A DNA stretch of 64,000 nucleotides from Actinophytocola sp. (GTDB lineage: Bacteria; Actinomycetota; Actinomycetes; Mycobacteriales; Pseudonocardiaceae), in NCBI RefSeq assembly GCF_035762905.1, contig NZ_DASUCC010000096.1:3822-67821 (forward strand). Reading direction: 5' to 3'. Below the pieces are notes generated by a model, which made no database searches, was not told where the DNA came from, and worked only from the letters and a program-made list of their open reading frames with translations. This document shows, in pieces, positions 1 to 8,479 of this stretch (position 1 is its first letter; the number at the start of each line of letters is the position of its first letter). Both the position numbers and the translations under genes were made by a program.

Positions 1-258
1 TCGATCGAGCCCGACATCCACCCGGCGGTCGATGGCGCCAGTGCTGAACAGGTATGGCTCACGTGGAAGGTTCGCTCGGCCGTGGAACGGTTGTCATCGT
101 CCGATCAGGCCATCATCAAGCGGGTCTACTTCGAGGACATGACCCATCGCGAGACGGCCGACGAGCTCGGCATTCCCATCGGGACCGTGAAGTCACGCCT
201 GTTCCGAGCGCACCGCAAGCTCACCGCGGCTCTCGGCCACCTCAAGGGCACCGCGTAG
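1..258 (+). CDS. RNA polymerase sigma factor, ECF/sigma-70 family (C-terminal fragment, 5' end outside window)
   Basis: Frame 1 is open from the window edge to TAG 256-258. Translation ...SSSDQAIIKRVYFEDMTHRETADELGIPIGTVKSRLFRAHRKL is a typical region-4 HTH. It is absent from the ORF track because it has no start codon in the window. Confidence 0.8.
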   Translation, partial: SIEPDIHPAVDGASAEQVWLTWKVRSAVERLSSSDQAIIKRVYFEDMTHRETADELGIPIGTVKSRLFRAHRKLTAALGHLKGTA

Positions 259-284
259 CCGGACGACACGCGATTCAATGGAAC

Positions 285-310
285 AGCCCGCCGGACCGAA
301 CCGGCGGGCT
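285..310. terminator. Bidirectional stem-loop between convergent sigma factor and protease genes
   Basis: AGCCCGCCGG-accgaa-CCGGCGGGCT forms a perfect 10-bp GC stem. Flanking ggaac/ttcc can extend it. It lies between the stops at 258 (+) and 349 (-). Confidence 0.6.
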
Positions 311-348
311 TTCCATTCCTGTACACCCTCAGTTCCGCACGAGCGAAC

Positions 349-1950
349 CTAGAACTGCAGGCTCCAGCTTCGGATCTTGCCGACGGTGCCTACCACTGTG
401 TCGAAACCTCTGAGCTGCCACCGACCGTTGGGAGCAACAGCGGAGGCATTTATCGGAACATTGATACGAATCAGATCATCACCGGTGTCCGGGCTGGGCT
501 GCTCAAGGATCCACCGCTGCCCGTTCGGGGCGAAGAGCTCGACAAACAGCTGACCGCGACTGGCGTGCTGGATGTCGAACGAAAGACGAAGGCTGGTTCC
601 CATTGCGCTGCCGGGGTCACCCTGCCCGGTCACGTCGATGGACGAGATGCCACCGGTGCCGAGATCCGGGATGGGAACATCGTCCTGATCCTCGTGGAAC
701 CCGCCGAAGTGCAGAAGTCGTGCGGCGTTGACATTCGGCTCTCCGGTAACCACATTGGGAGTAGCCTCGAACTTGACCCGGAAAACCGCGTCCTGGGCGC
801 TCACCGAATTGGAAACGTAGTGCGCCACCACGCCCGTCGCCAAAGGCGCAGCCATGGACGTACCGCTCTTGACGACCGTGCCGGTGGAGCTGTCATGCCT
901 TGCGGCACGGATATTCGTGCCGGGGGCGTAGAGATCAACGCAACTGCCGAAATTGGAGAAGGACGCCCGGTCGTCGGTCACGTCCGAGATGGCCGCGACG
1001 GTCAGCACACCGGGAATACGAGCAGGCGATTGGGTGCAGGCCAACTGATTTTCGTTTCCCGCCGAGACAACGTACGCGATGCCGGCGTCCATCGAGCGCT
1101 GCACTGCCTCTTCAAGCAGCGCGATCTGCGGCAGGATCGCGTTGTTCACCAGGTATCCGAGTGACATGTTCACGACCGACCTGCCCGGTGTCGCGTTGCT
1201 GGTCACCCATTCGACGGCACTGACTAAACGCGACAAGGACGCAGCACCCGTGCAGGCACGCGTCGCCTTCACGGCCACCACGTCGGCGCTTCGTGCGACA
1301 CCGTAGGTGTTTCCGCCGGCGAGACTCGCAACATGGGTCCCGTGGCCGTTGCAGTCTCGACCGTAGTCCGGATGGCCCACGGCGAAATCATCATTCGTGT
1401 CGAACCCGACTCGCGCTCGTCCGCCGAACGACGTGTGCTCGGCCGTGATGCCGGTGTCCAATACATAGATCGTGCTGTCTGACGCACCATTGAACGCGTT
1501 CACCGCATTGTATCTGCCGTCGAGGGGGCGGTGTGCCCGCTCGTCGATCCTGTCGAGATGCGCGGGTGCGTTCAGTTGCACATCGGACAGCGACACCTCG
1601 ATATCCTGAACCACTGAGCGCACGTCCGGGTGTGCGGCGAGCTTGCGAGCCTGTCGCTCCGGCATCTCGATGGTGAAACCGCGACCAACAGCGGTGTGGA
1701 CGCCTCGTAGCCGACCACCGTGCTCGCTCGAGAGATCACGAGCAAGGCGCTCAACATCCGAACCAGAAAGCTCTGCGCGAAGCGAAACGATGTAGCTGTC
1801 CTGGATGCCGCTCGCAACCGCGTGAAACGTCGGCTCCGACGCCGCGCCCGACCCGACAGCTGCTCCCGGAGAAGCCAGGGACAAGATGACGGCGGCGGCC
1901 CCAACACCTCCCATCCTCGCCAGTCGGCCCGCTGCACGGCGAATCTTCAT
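349..1950 (-). CDS. Secreted subtilisin-like serine protease (peptidase S8) with I9 propeptide and C-terminal P-domain
   Basis: Asp/His/Ser triad motifs are present: VLDTGI, HGTHVAS, SGTSMAAP. There is an N-terminal signal-like segment, and the C-terminal ...GRWQLRGFDTVVGTVGKIRSWSLQF resembles a proprotein-convertase P domain. Start moved to ATG 1950, which is preceded by GGGAGAG; the track start at 1968 is a TTG inside that RBS. Confidence 0.9.
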   Translation of the reverse strand: MKIRRAAGRLARMGGVGAAAVILSLASPGAAVGSGAASEPTFHAVASGIQDSYIVSLRAELSGSDVERLARDLSSEHGGRLRGVHTAVGRGFTIEMPERQARKLAAHPDVRSVVQDIEVSLSDVQLNAPAHLDRIDERAHRPLDGRYNAVNAFNGASDSTIYVLDTGITAEHTSFGGRARVGFDTNDDFAVGHPDYGRDCNGHGTHVASLAGGNTYGVARSADVVAVKATRACTGAASLSRLVSAVEWVTSNATPGRSVVNMSLGYLVNNAILPQIALLEEAVQRSMDAGIAYVVSAGNENQLACTQSPARIPGVLTVAAISDVTDDRASFSNFGSCVDLYAPGTNIRAARHDSSTGTVVKSGTSMAAPLATGVVAHYVSNSVSAQDAVFRVKFEATPNVVTGEPNVNAARLLHFGGFHEDQDDVPIPDLGTGGISSIDVTGQGDPGSAMGTSLRLSFDIQHASRGQLFVELFAPNGQRWILEQPSPDTGDDLIRINVPINASAVAPNGRWQLRGFDTVVGTVGKIRSWSLQF

Positions 1951-2127
1951 GATGACTCTCCCACCCAATCAGTAACGGCTCTCCTTGTGCCTACGGCGCT
2001 CGTTCCCGTGGTGGTTCCACCGATGAGTCGGCCATCACACTTCTCGAGCCCAAAACGCTGCGGCTCGACCGCGTAAGCCTCGGCGATCGGCGTCCGCAAC
2101 GGCAACCGCTGGCTCTGCCGGGTCGCC

Positions 2128-3048
2128 ATGGAGATCCTCGCTCAGGCTCGGCTCGGCCAGGGCGACCTCGATGCCGCCGCGCGCGCCGCGGACATCGCGC
2201 AACGAAACCGCGGTTCGGTGCTCGGCTTCGGCCTGGTCGGCCTCGCCGCGTACCGGCGCGACAAGGACGACGACGCGCGGGACGCCTTCCACCAAGGGGG
2301 CGCCCTGTCATTCCTGCCCCTGCACGCGGCGGGCCACCACGGGACGGCACTCGATGAGGTGCCGCGCACGGTGCTGGACCGGGTGGTGTGCTCCGTGACG
2401 CCAACGCTTCGGGCGCTGGCCTACTCTCGACGCGCCGCGGGTTCACCGCGGCGTCCTTCCGACTGGGCCGTCGTGGTGGCGATGCCGAAAACTCCGGGCC
2501 GGCACGCTGACCTGTCGGGTGCCGAGGCCGAAGCGGCCGTCATCGAGCGCCACTTTCCAGGCGAGGTGGACATCCTCACCGGAACGGAGGCCACCCACGA
2601 CGCCGTGCTCAAGGCGCTGACCGGGGCCCGGTGGGCGCACTTCGCCTGCCACGGGCACAGCGACCTCGCCGATCCGTCGGCCGGCCAGCTGGTGCTGGCC
2701 GACCATCACAACCGACCGCTCACCGTGGTGGACCTGGCCAGGCTCCGAATGAATGACGCCGAACTGGCGTTCCTGTCCGCGTGTTCCACCGCGCGCCCCA
2801 GCGGCCGGCTGGCCGACGAGGCGATCCACCTGGCCTCCGCGTTCCAACTCGCCGGCTACCGGCACGTGATCGGCACCCTGTGGTGGATCGGCGACTTGCC
2901 CGCGGTGGACGTTGCGGACCTGATCTACTCGGCGATCGCCGACGGCGCGGGTGTTGCCGAAGCGGTCCATGGCGCCACCCGCCGCATGCGCGAGCGGTGG
3001 CTGCACGACCCAGCAGTGTGGGCGTCGTACGTCCACGTTGGTGCGTAG
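2128..3048 (+). CDS. CHAT domain protein (caspase-like His/Cys fold), N-terminally short
   Basis: His/Cys dyad context: AHFACHGHSD and ELAFLSACSTA. The upstream LPLHAAG...TPTLRAL is typical of CHAT. Only about 60 aa of TPR-like sequence precede the domain, and an in-frame TAA lies 51 nt upstream of the ATG. Confidence 0.75.
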   Translation: MEILAQARLGQGDLDAAARAADIAQRNRGSVLGFGLVGLAAYRRDKDDDARDAFHQGGALSFLPLHAAGHHGTALDEVPRTVLDRVVCSVTPTLRALAYSRRAAGSPRRPSDWAVVVAMPKTPGRHADLSGAEAEAAVIERHFPGEVDILTGTEATHDAVLKALTGARWAHFACHGHSDLADPSAGQLVLADHHNRPLTVVDLARLRMNDAELAFLSACSTARPSGRLADEAIHLASAFQLAGYRHVIGTLWWIGDLPAVDVADLIYSAIADGAGVAEAVHGATRRMRERWLHDPAVWASYVHVGA

Positions 3049-3058
3049 CCGGAGCCGG

Positions 3059-3610
3059 TCACGGAGATGGCCGGGCCAGCAGGAACGTCGCGACACAGTC
3101 CGCGTAGTCCTCGTCGTCGGCGGACAGCACCAGGCCCCGCGAGCCCGCCCGGTGGTAGTGCGCCACAAACGTGGGACACGCGGTCGCAGCATTCCTGGTG
3201 GTGAACACAAAGCGGCCCTCCGTGACCGTCACCAGGGCAATGCCGTGCGCCGTGGCGAACTCGATGGCACCGGCCTGATACGACGACGTGGCAACCATGA
3301 CACCCTTGTGCGCCCCCACGCTGTGGAGCTTTTGGTGGAGCACCTGGACCAGTTGACGCTTGATCGGATTCCGGTGGAGCTTCGCCTCGACGACCACCAG
3401 GAAAGCCATTCCCGCGAACCGGTAACGCACAGTCGCGTCGAAGTCGTACACACCGTCGGCGCCAACAACTTTCTCGTGCACGGCGACCACGAGGTCGTCC
3501 ACCGCCGCCCCCGCCGCCCCCAGCAACTCCCCGGCGACGAACTGCTCGAACTCCCCAGGCGTGATCTCCGGGCACGGATAGCGCACAATTCCGCGGTCAC
3601 TCTCGATCAC
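3059..3610 (-). CDS. Mrr-like restriction endonuclease domain protein
   Basis: PD-(D/E)xK-like core: YDFDATV...LVVVEAKLHRNPIKRQLVQVLHQKL...GVMVATSSYQAGAIEFA, matching the Mrr_cat pattern. GTG start. Confidence 0.7.
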   Translation of the reverse strand: MIESDRGIVRYPCPEITPGEFEQFVAGELLGAAGAAVDDLVVAVHEKVVGADGVYDFDATVRYRFAGMAFLVVVEAKLHRNPIKRQLVQVLHQKLHSVGAHKGVMVATSSYQAGAIEFATAHGIALVTVTEGRFVFTTRNAATACPTFVAHYHRAGSRGLVLSADDEDYADCVATFLLARPSP

Positions 3611-3654
3611 GCCACGACATTACCCCAACCCAAGTCTGGCTCGAGGATCAATCG

Positions 3655-4443
3655 CTAGACGCTCCCGTTTGCCCATGACCATGAGGCGTTGGGGTGGTGT
3701 TCGGCTCGGCTGTCGCAGTGTAGCCAGGATTGGACGTAGGAGCCGAGGCCGGAGAAGCCGCAGGTTTGGGCGATGCGGTAGATCGCGTAGGTGGTCAGGC
3801 CGGGCACGGTGATGTCGACGGCGGTGCCGTGGGTGTGTATGCCGCCGGGCGGGGTGATCCGGTTGGGCCGGTAGGTGGTGCTGTGGAAACCGGTCTGCAC
3901 TACGACTTCCCGATCGTCCACCTTGTGTCGCAATGCTTCCAGTTTGTACATCAGGCGGCGCGCATTTTCTCGTACCGTGGCCTCGTCGGGGGTGCCGGCC
4001 GCGAAACCGCCGCCGTCTGGGGCGGCGAACTGTGTCCACTCGAAATGTGCGGTGGATCCGTCGGGCGCCTCCAGGGCTGAGAGTCGGTCGCGCGTCGGGG
4101 CGTCGACCAGCCCCTTGTCTGGTAAGCCGTGGGCTTTCTGGAAACGTCGCACGGCCGCTTCGGTGGCGGGGTCGAATGTTCCGGTTATGCTCAGGAACGA
4201 ATGCCCGGCGTCGTCGCTGGCCCAGCCTGCGATTCGGATCTGGAGTTCGCGAACGTCCATACCGGACATGCCGGCACGCAGTTCCCGGACACCGAGGTTG
4301 CTCGCCGCGGCGGGTAGCGCGCCGACGGTGGCCAGGCCGATGCCGATCGAGCCGATGGTCAACGCGCGCAACACGGTTCGTCGGCGGTACGGCAACGGAG
4401 CGATCGGCCGGCCGTCGTGGTCAGTCATGGCGTGACCCCTCAT
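3655..4443 (-). CDS. Zn D-Ala-D-Ala carboxypeptidase-like (peptidase M15) with peptidoglycan-binding domain, Tat signal
   Basis: RRRTVLRAL twin-arginine signal. The PG_binding_1-like LQIRIAGW...FDPATEAAVRRFQKAHGLPDKG closely resembles the Streptomyces albus G DD-peptidase. Metal motif HTHGTAVD...LHCD. Start ATG 4443 overlaps the upstream stop (ATGA). The long N-terminal extension in the ORF track is read-through of the upstream gene in another frame. Confidence 0.8.
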   Translation of the reverse strand: MRGHAMTDHDGRPIAPLPYRRRTVLRALTIGSIGIGLATVGALPAAASNLGVRELRAGMSGMDVRELQIRIAGWASDDAGHSFLSITGTFDPATEAAVRRFQKAHGLPDKGLVDAPTRDRLSALEAPDGSTAHFEWTQFAAPDGGGFAAGTPDEATVRENARRLMYKLEALRHKVDDREVVVQTGFHSTTYRPNRITPPGGIHTHGTAVDITVPGLTTYAIYRIAQTCGFSGLGSYVQSWLHCDSRAEHHPNASWSWANGSV

Positions 4444-6338
4444 CCGTAGCAGGCGGCGAACGCTTGGCGCGCCCAGCCGACATTCTCGGCGACTCCCGGC
4501 CCATTGGGTTGGGCCAAGTGAAGATTCTCCAGCGCGACGGAGTTCCGGTTGAACCCGTTCGTCGTCCACTGTCCGCCGGCGTCGTAACCGACCGCGGAGT
4601 TGTTGCGCAGCCGCACGGCCCGGGGCGCGTTGTTGCGGACATCGACCAGGACCGCGGTCCGCTGGCTGCCCGGAACGGCGCTGTTGATGAACGTGCAGTT
4701 CTCCACGACGCAGGCGTCGCCGGTTCCCGGCGCGACCGACGCACCGACCCGCAGACCCGGTGCGTGCACGGCGTTGAACACGCAGTCGCGCACCGCGATG
4801 GTGCCGTCGACGGTCACCACGAGCCCGACTCCGTCTCTGTTCTTGCCGTCCGGGTGATCGTTGGAGAAAACCCGTTCGTCGCCGTTGAACCGGCTGGGGT
4901 AACGGGAGACATTGTCCGGCGAGGCGGGAATCATCTGCTGTCCGTAGTGGAACTCCAGGCCGACGACCTGGACGTTGCCGGTGATCTGGGACGGCGTGCG
5001 CTGGCCGTAGACCCGACCGCCGAGGGTGCAGTTCCGGACCAGGTTGCTGTCGCCGTTGATGCCGAACGCCCGCTGGTACTGCATCCCGCCGATGTACACG
5101 CTGAAGTCCCGCTCCACCGTCAGGCCATCGAGGATCACGCCGGCGGCGGGCTCCGCCCTGCCGATCGCGGTGTGGCCGGGATCGCGGACGTAGCACAGTT
5201 CGCCTGCGCCGCTGGTCCGGCCGCGCACAAGCAGGCCGGTGACCCGTGCGTTGCCGGCGATGCGCAACGCGTCGGACGCTCCGGTGCTGTGCATGTTGTC
5301 GATCTCGTAGTAAGGCTTGCCGACCACGCGCAGGTCCCACCGCGGCGACACCTCCAACGCGGTGAACGTGTCTATGGACGTGCCAGACACCGTGTGGGCG
5401 CGCAGGTCGACCACCGGCTGATAGGGACTCGCCACGTCGACCCGGGCCTCGAACCGGCCACCCTCACAGCCACCCCGGATCTTGAACGCGCCGAAGCCAC
5501 CGCCAATGGCCCTGATCGTCTCGTCGACATGCCAGTCCTTGGATTCCCGGATGGTGAGCAGACCGAGGTCGAGGACACCCACCGCGCCCGCCGAAAACTG
5601 GGTCAGCAGGGTGATGCCGCCCCACACCGTGGACAGCGCGGGATTTCCCTTGGGGCTGAACACGAACAGCCGCGCGCCGATCGGCGTCGGCACCGGGTCG
5701 GGGTCGTCGTCCTCCTGCCACACCTCGGTCGGGGTCAGCTGCGTCCAACTGTGCGTCTCGTCCAACCCCAGGGTGGCGAAGCTGCGCGCCTCCCAGATCT
5801 CGTTGTACGGGTCATAAGCCGACGGCACCGCGGTCAGGCTCCCGATGGTCAGCGGCCGCCCACCCCGCCACACCCTGATCACCCGGTACTCCGGCCTGGC
5901 CCCGGCGACGTTGCGGGTGGTCACCCAGATCCCGGTCGGCTGCCCCGCATTGGTCCCGCCATTGCTCCGGATGTTCGGACAGCCAGCCGTGTTCGCGTTG
6001 TAGTCGTTGGCTCCGTTGAGGAAGACCTGCACGAAGTCGCTCGGCTGGTTGAGTACGTCCAGATCGGTGAAGTGCCACGGCAGGTTCGGGTCGTGCGCGG
6101 TCATCGACCAACCATCCGGCACGTCGCTCCCGGCGCCGATCCCCTTGCCCAACTGCTGCCCGAAGTTCGCCTGACCCTTCATGATGAACTGCCCGACGAC
6201 GAACCGAACCCGATCCGGCGCGGTCACCGGCGACGCCAGCGCCCGAGCCCTTGTGAACGTCCTGACCCGAGTGTTCCAAGTCGTTCCGTCCGCCGAATCC
6301 ACACCATCACCGCTGACGAAGATATCCCTGATCGCCAC
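4440..6338 (-). CDS. Right-handed parallel beta-helix repeat protein (pectate-lyase-fold), no signal peptide seen
   Basis: Repeated xNCxxxG/VxNNxA-type coils (VRNCTLGG, VRDCVFNA, VENCTFINS, VRLRNNSAVG). N-terminus IFVSGDGVDSADGTTW. GTG 6338 is preceded by GGGAGG. Confidence 0.7.
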   Translation of the reverse strand: MAIRDIFVSGDGVDSADGTTWNTRVRTFTRARALASPVTAPDRVRFVVGQFIMKGQANFGQQLGKGIGAGSDVPDGWSMTAHDPNLPWHFTDLDVLNQPSDFVQVFLNGANDYNANTAGCPNIRSNGGTNAGQPTGIWVTTRNVAGARPEYRVIRVWRGGRPLTIGSLTAVPSAYDPYNEIWEARSFATLGLDETHSWTQLTPTEVWQEDDDPDPVPTPIGARLFVFSPKGNPALSTVWGGITLLTQFSAGAVGVLDLGLLTIRESKDWHVDETIRAIGGGFGAFKIRGGCEGGRFEARVDVASPYQPVVDLRAHTVSGTSIDTFTALEVSPRWDLRVVGKPYYEIDNMHSTGASDALRIAGNARVTGLLVRGRTSGAGELCYVRDPGHTAIGRAEPAAGVILDGLTVERDFSVYIGGMQYQRAFGINGDSNLVRNCTLGGRVYGQRTPSQITGNVQVVGLEFHYGQQMIPASPDNVSRYPSRFNGDERVFSNDHPDGKNRDGVGLVVTVDGTIAVRDCVFNAVHAPGLRVGASVAPGTGDACVVENCTFINSAVPGSQRTAVLVDVRNNAPRAVRLRNNSAVGYDAGGQWTTNGFNRNSVALENLHLAQPNGPGVAENVGWARQAFAACYG

Positions 6339-6412
6339 GGCACCTCCCAACTATCTGATCCGTGTTCATTCTCAAATCCACTGCCCGCCCCCGCTTGGCT
6401 GCCACAGCTGAG

Positions 6413-6442
6413 GGTGGCGGCGGCCGGTTGACCGCCGCCACC
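6413..6442 (-). terminator. Strong GC stem-loop between operon genes (terminator or attenuator)
   Basis: GGTGGCGGCGG-ccggttga-CCGCCGCCACC forms a perfect 11-bp stem, 29 nt downstream of the stop at 6471 on the minus strand. No U-tract. Confidence 0.5.
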
Positions 6443-6470
6443 GATCAACATGGTTCCCGCTCCGCAACGG

Positions 6471-8264
6471 TCACTGGAACGGTATTTGTTGGGAAACCCG
6501 GCTGGCATCGACCGGGAAGTAGCAGAACGGATTGGCATTGTTCCTCGCCCGGCAGATCGCCGCCTCGTCGACCCGGGAGTCGACCGCGACGGAGTGCCAC
6601 GCCTGCTGGCCGATCATGTTGTTGTTGCCGTACGCCCAGAATTCGGCGTAGCTGCTGTACTGCCTGCCCTCCACGATGGATGCGGGGCTCGTCGAGGCGA
6701 TGGCCAGGTTGTATTGCTGGCCGTCGCCGAACGTCGTGTCGACGAATGGGGCGGGCAGGGTGGTCACCGCGTAGTTCCACTCGAAGCAGCCCCGGCTCCG
6801 ATCCGCCACCTCGCCGGTTCGTCCCCCGAAGGGGGGATTGCACGCGGGATTGCCGATCAGCAGTTCGTCCTCCATCCCGGTCCGCGACACCCACACCGAG
6901 TTCTGCAGAGCGCGGCTGCACTCGGCGGTGGCCAGGAACTGCTGGACGACGCAGGGCTGCAGGCCGTCGACGAACTTGTACGCGAGCGTGCTGATGGGTC
7001 GGTTCTGGTTCGACGCGGCGATGTTGGTCACCTGCGTCCCCCAGCGGCTGTCCCACCGCGCGGCGCCGTAGGTGAACGCGGCGGTGACGATGGCGTACGG
7101 GTAGCAGGAGATCTGCCAGTATCCGCCCGTGCCATCCGGATTGGGATCCGGCACCCAGTACGCATAGCAGATGTAGAGGACCTCGTTGGCCCGGTAGTTG
7201 GCAATGCTCACGCCGAACGCCTGGAATCCGCCGGTGGCCGCGTGCGGGCGGTAGGTGTGGTCGTTCGGGCATGCCTGGTTGTCCGAGCTGTTGTTGCACC
7301 CGGTCCAGAGCGACGAGTCGTCCATGACGCCCGCCGACGGCGCCGACGTGTTCGAGCCGGCGACCATGCTGCCTTCGGTTCGCGGCAGTGCGGCGTCGAC
7401 CGCCGGGTCTCCCGAGATCGGGCCGCGGGCGCCGGTCCGGCAGGCCAGCGTTCCGGCGGACTGCCAGTAGCAACTCTGTCCGGTGTTCGTAGCGACCGGC
7501 GCGCCGCGTTGCGCCGAATCCGACACCTTGGCGTCCAACCGGATCTCGGTGACGGGCGCGGCCGACTCGATGGCACGCGCCGCCGCCTGCGCCTCCCGCA
7601 GGCCGGTTACCTTGCTGTCGCCGGCGTCGGGAAGCACCGCGCGTACCGATGGCGCGCCAACAAGAGCGGCCAGCCGCGTGTTGGTCGCCACCACCTCGGC
7701 GCGGTAGAAGTGGTACGCGCCGGTGGCCAGCTCTCGCGTCGCCGCCCGCTGATCCACCGCCGCCGTCTGCGCCTGCTGGAAGTAGCGCAGCCGGGTCGAG
7801 CCGATCAGGCGGTCCAGCTGCTGGGCCGGCGTGCCGGCGACCCGGGCCACGTCGTTGAACCACATGGTGTAAACGTCGCCGGAGGCGGCGACCGGAACCT
7901 TCGCCTCCACGGCGTACAGGTCCAGCCCGTGCTTGCCGACGAAGCCGGTCAGGTCGGCGCTCGTCATCCCGGCGTCGAACACCACGGACGCGCTGGCGGG
8001 CCGGTCCGGTGCCCGGGTCGCCTGGTCCGCCACCGTCCGGTGGGCCTGTCGGATGGCCTCGTCGATCACCCGCGGGTTCGCCGTGTGCAGCACACCCTGC
8101 AGGGCGCTGGCGGCCAGATCCTGCGCAAGCCGCTGGATCGGGCGACCCGTCCCGCCGGCCGGGTCGGCGGCGGCCCCGCCCGCGCCGGCCGCGACCACGG
8201 AGGCCAGGCCCATGGCGCAGCAGGCGATTGCGGCCGCCCACCTTCTCCTCGTTGTCACTCGCAT
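6471..8264 (-). CDS. Secreted Cys-rich hypothetical protein
   Basis: Signal peptide MRVTTRRRWAAAIACCAMGLASVVAAGAGG. The N-terminal half is Ala-rich and the C-terminal half has about 14 Cys. Coding-type GC3 bias. No family recognised. Confidence 0.65.
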   Translation of the reverse strand: MRVTTRRRWAAAIACCAMGLASVVAAGAGGAAADPAGGTGRPIQRLAQDLAASALQGVLHTANPRVIDEAIRQAHRTVADQATRAPDRPASASVVFDAGMTSADLTGFVGKHGLDLYAVEAKVPVAASGDVYTMWFNDVARVAGTPAQQLDRLIGSTRLRYFQQAQTAAVDQRAATRELATGAYHFYRAEVVATNTRLAALVGAPSVRAVLPDAGDSKVTGLREAQAAARAIESAAPVTEIRLDAKVSDSAQRGAPVATNTGQSCYWQSAGTLACRTGARGPISGDPAVDAALPRTEGSMVAGSNTSAPSAGVMDDSSLWTGCNNSSDNQACPNDHTYRPHAATGGFQAFGVSIANYRANEVLYICYAYWVPDPNPDGTGGYWQISCYPYAIVTAAFTYGAARWDSRWGTQVTNIAASNQNRPISTLAYKFVDGLQPCVVQQFLATAECSRALQNSVWVSRTGMEDELLIGNPACNPPFGGRTGEVADRSRGCFEWNYAVTTLPAPFVDTTFGDGQQYNLAIASTSPASIVEGRQYSSYAEFWAYGNNNMIGQQAWHSVAVDSRVDEAAICRARNNANPFCYFPVDASRVSQQIPFQ

Positions 8265-8479
8265 TGTCGATGTCCTCCCTGGCGCGTTAACCAGTACTTG
8301 GAGGCGTGGACCCCGGAAGCACAATCGGCTCGGAAAACATGACCTTTCTCTGCCCGCTCCCGTCGAACGCCACCGAGTGGACCAGCGTGCCCGGCACAGC
8401 GTTGGTAACTCTTTGGTAGCCCTTGCGTTGCCCGGCCAGACCCGCTATTGAAGCTGAGGGCCGGGTCGAGGAGGCCAGG

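Noticed and set aside
3655-5340. Very long N-terminal extensions in the ORF track for real genes: 3655-5340, 29923-31878, 30594-32741, 35210-36301, 42759-44417, 43967-45202, 46093-47484, 47031-49235, 51471-53534, 52337-54748 and 55809-58472.
   Set aside because: The extensions are out-of-frame read-through of the upstream gene and translate to Arg/Pro-rich nonsense. Internal ATG/GTG starts that overlap the upstream stop codon (ATGA/GTGA), or that follow an RBS, give proteins of canonical length.
6445-8342. Long ORFs on both strands overlapping the secreted-protein gene (598 aa on minus, 630 aa on plus). Similar mirror ORFs occur elsewhere, for example 18702-20111, 30699-34271, 33538-35142, 59907-62693 and 14258-17035.
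   Set aside because: Their translations are Arg/Pro/Gly/Ala-rich and low in complexity, with no motifs. This is typical of stop-codon-poor alternative frames in very high-GC DNA. The frame with recognisable domains and G/C-biased third positions was chosen instead.
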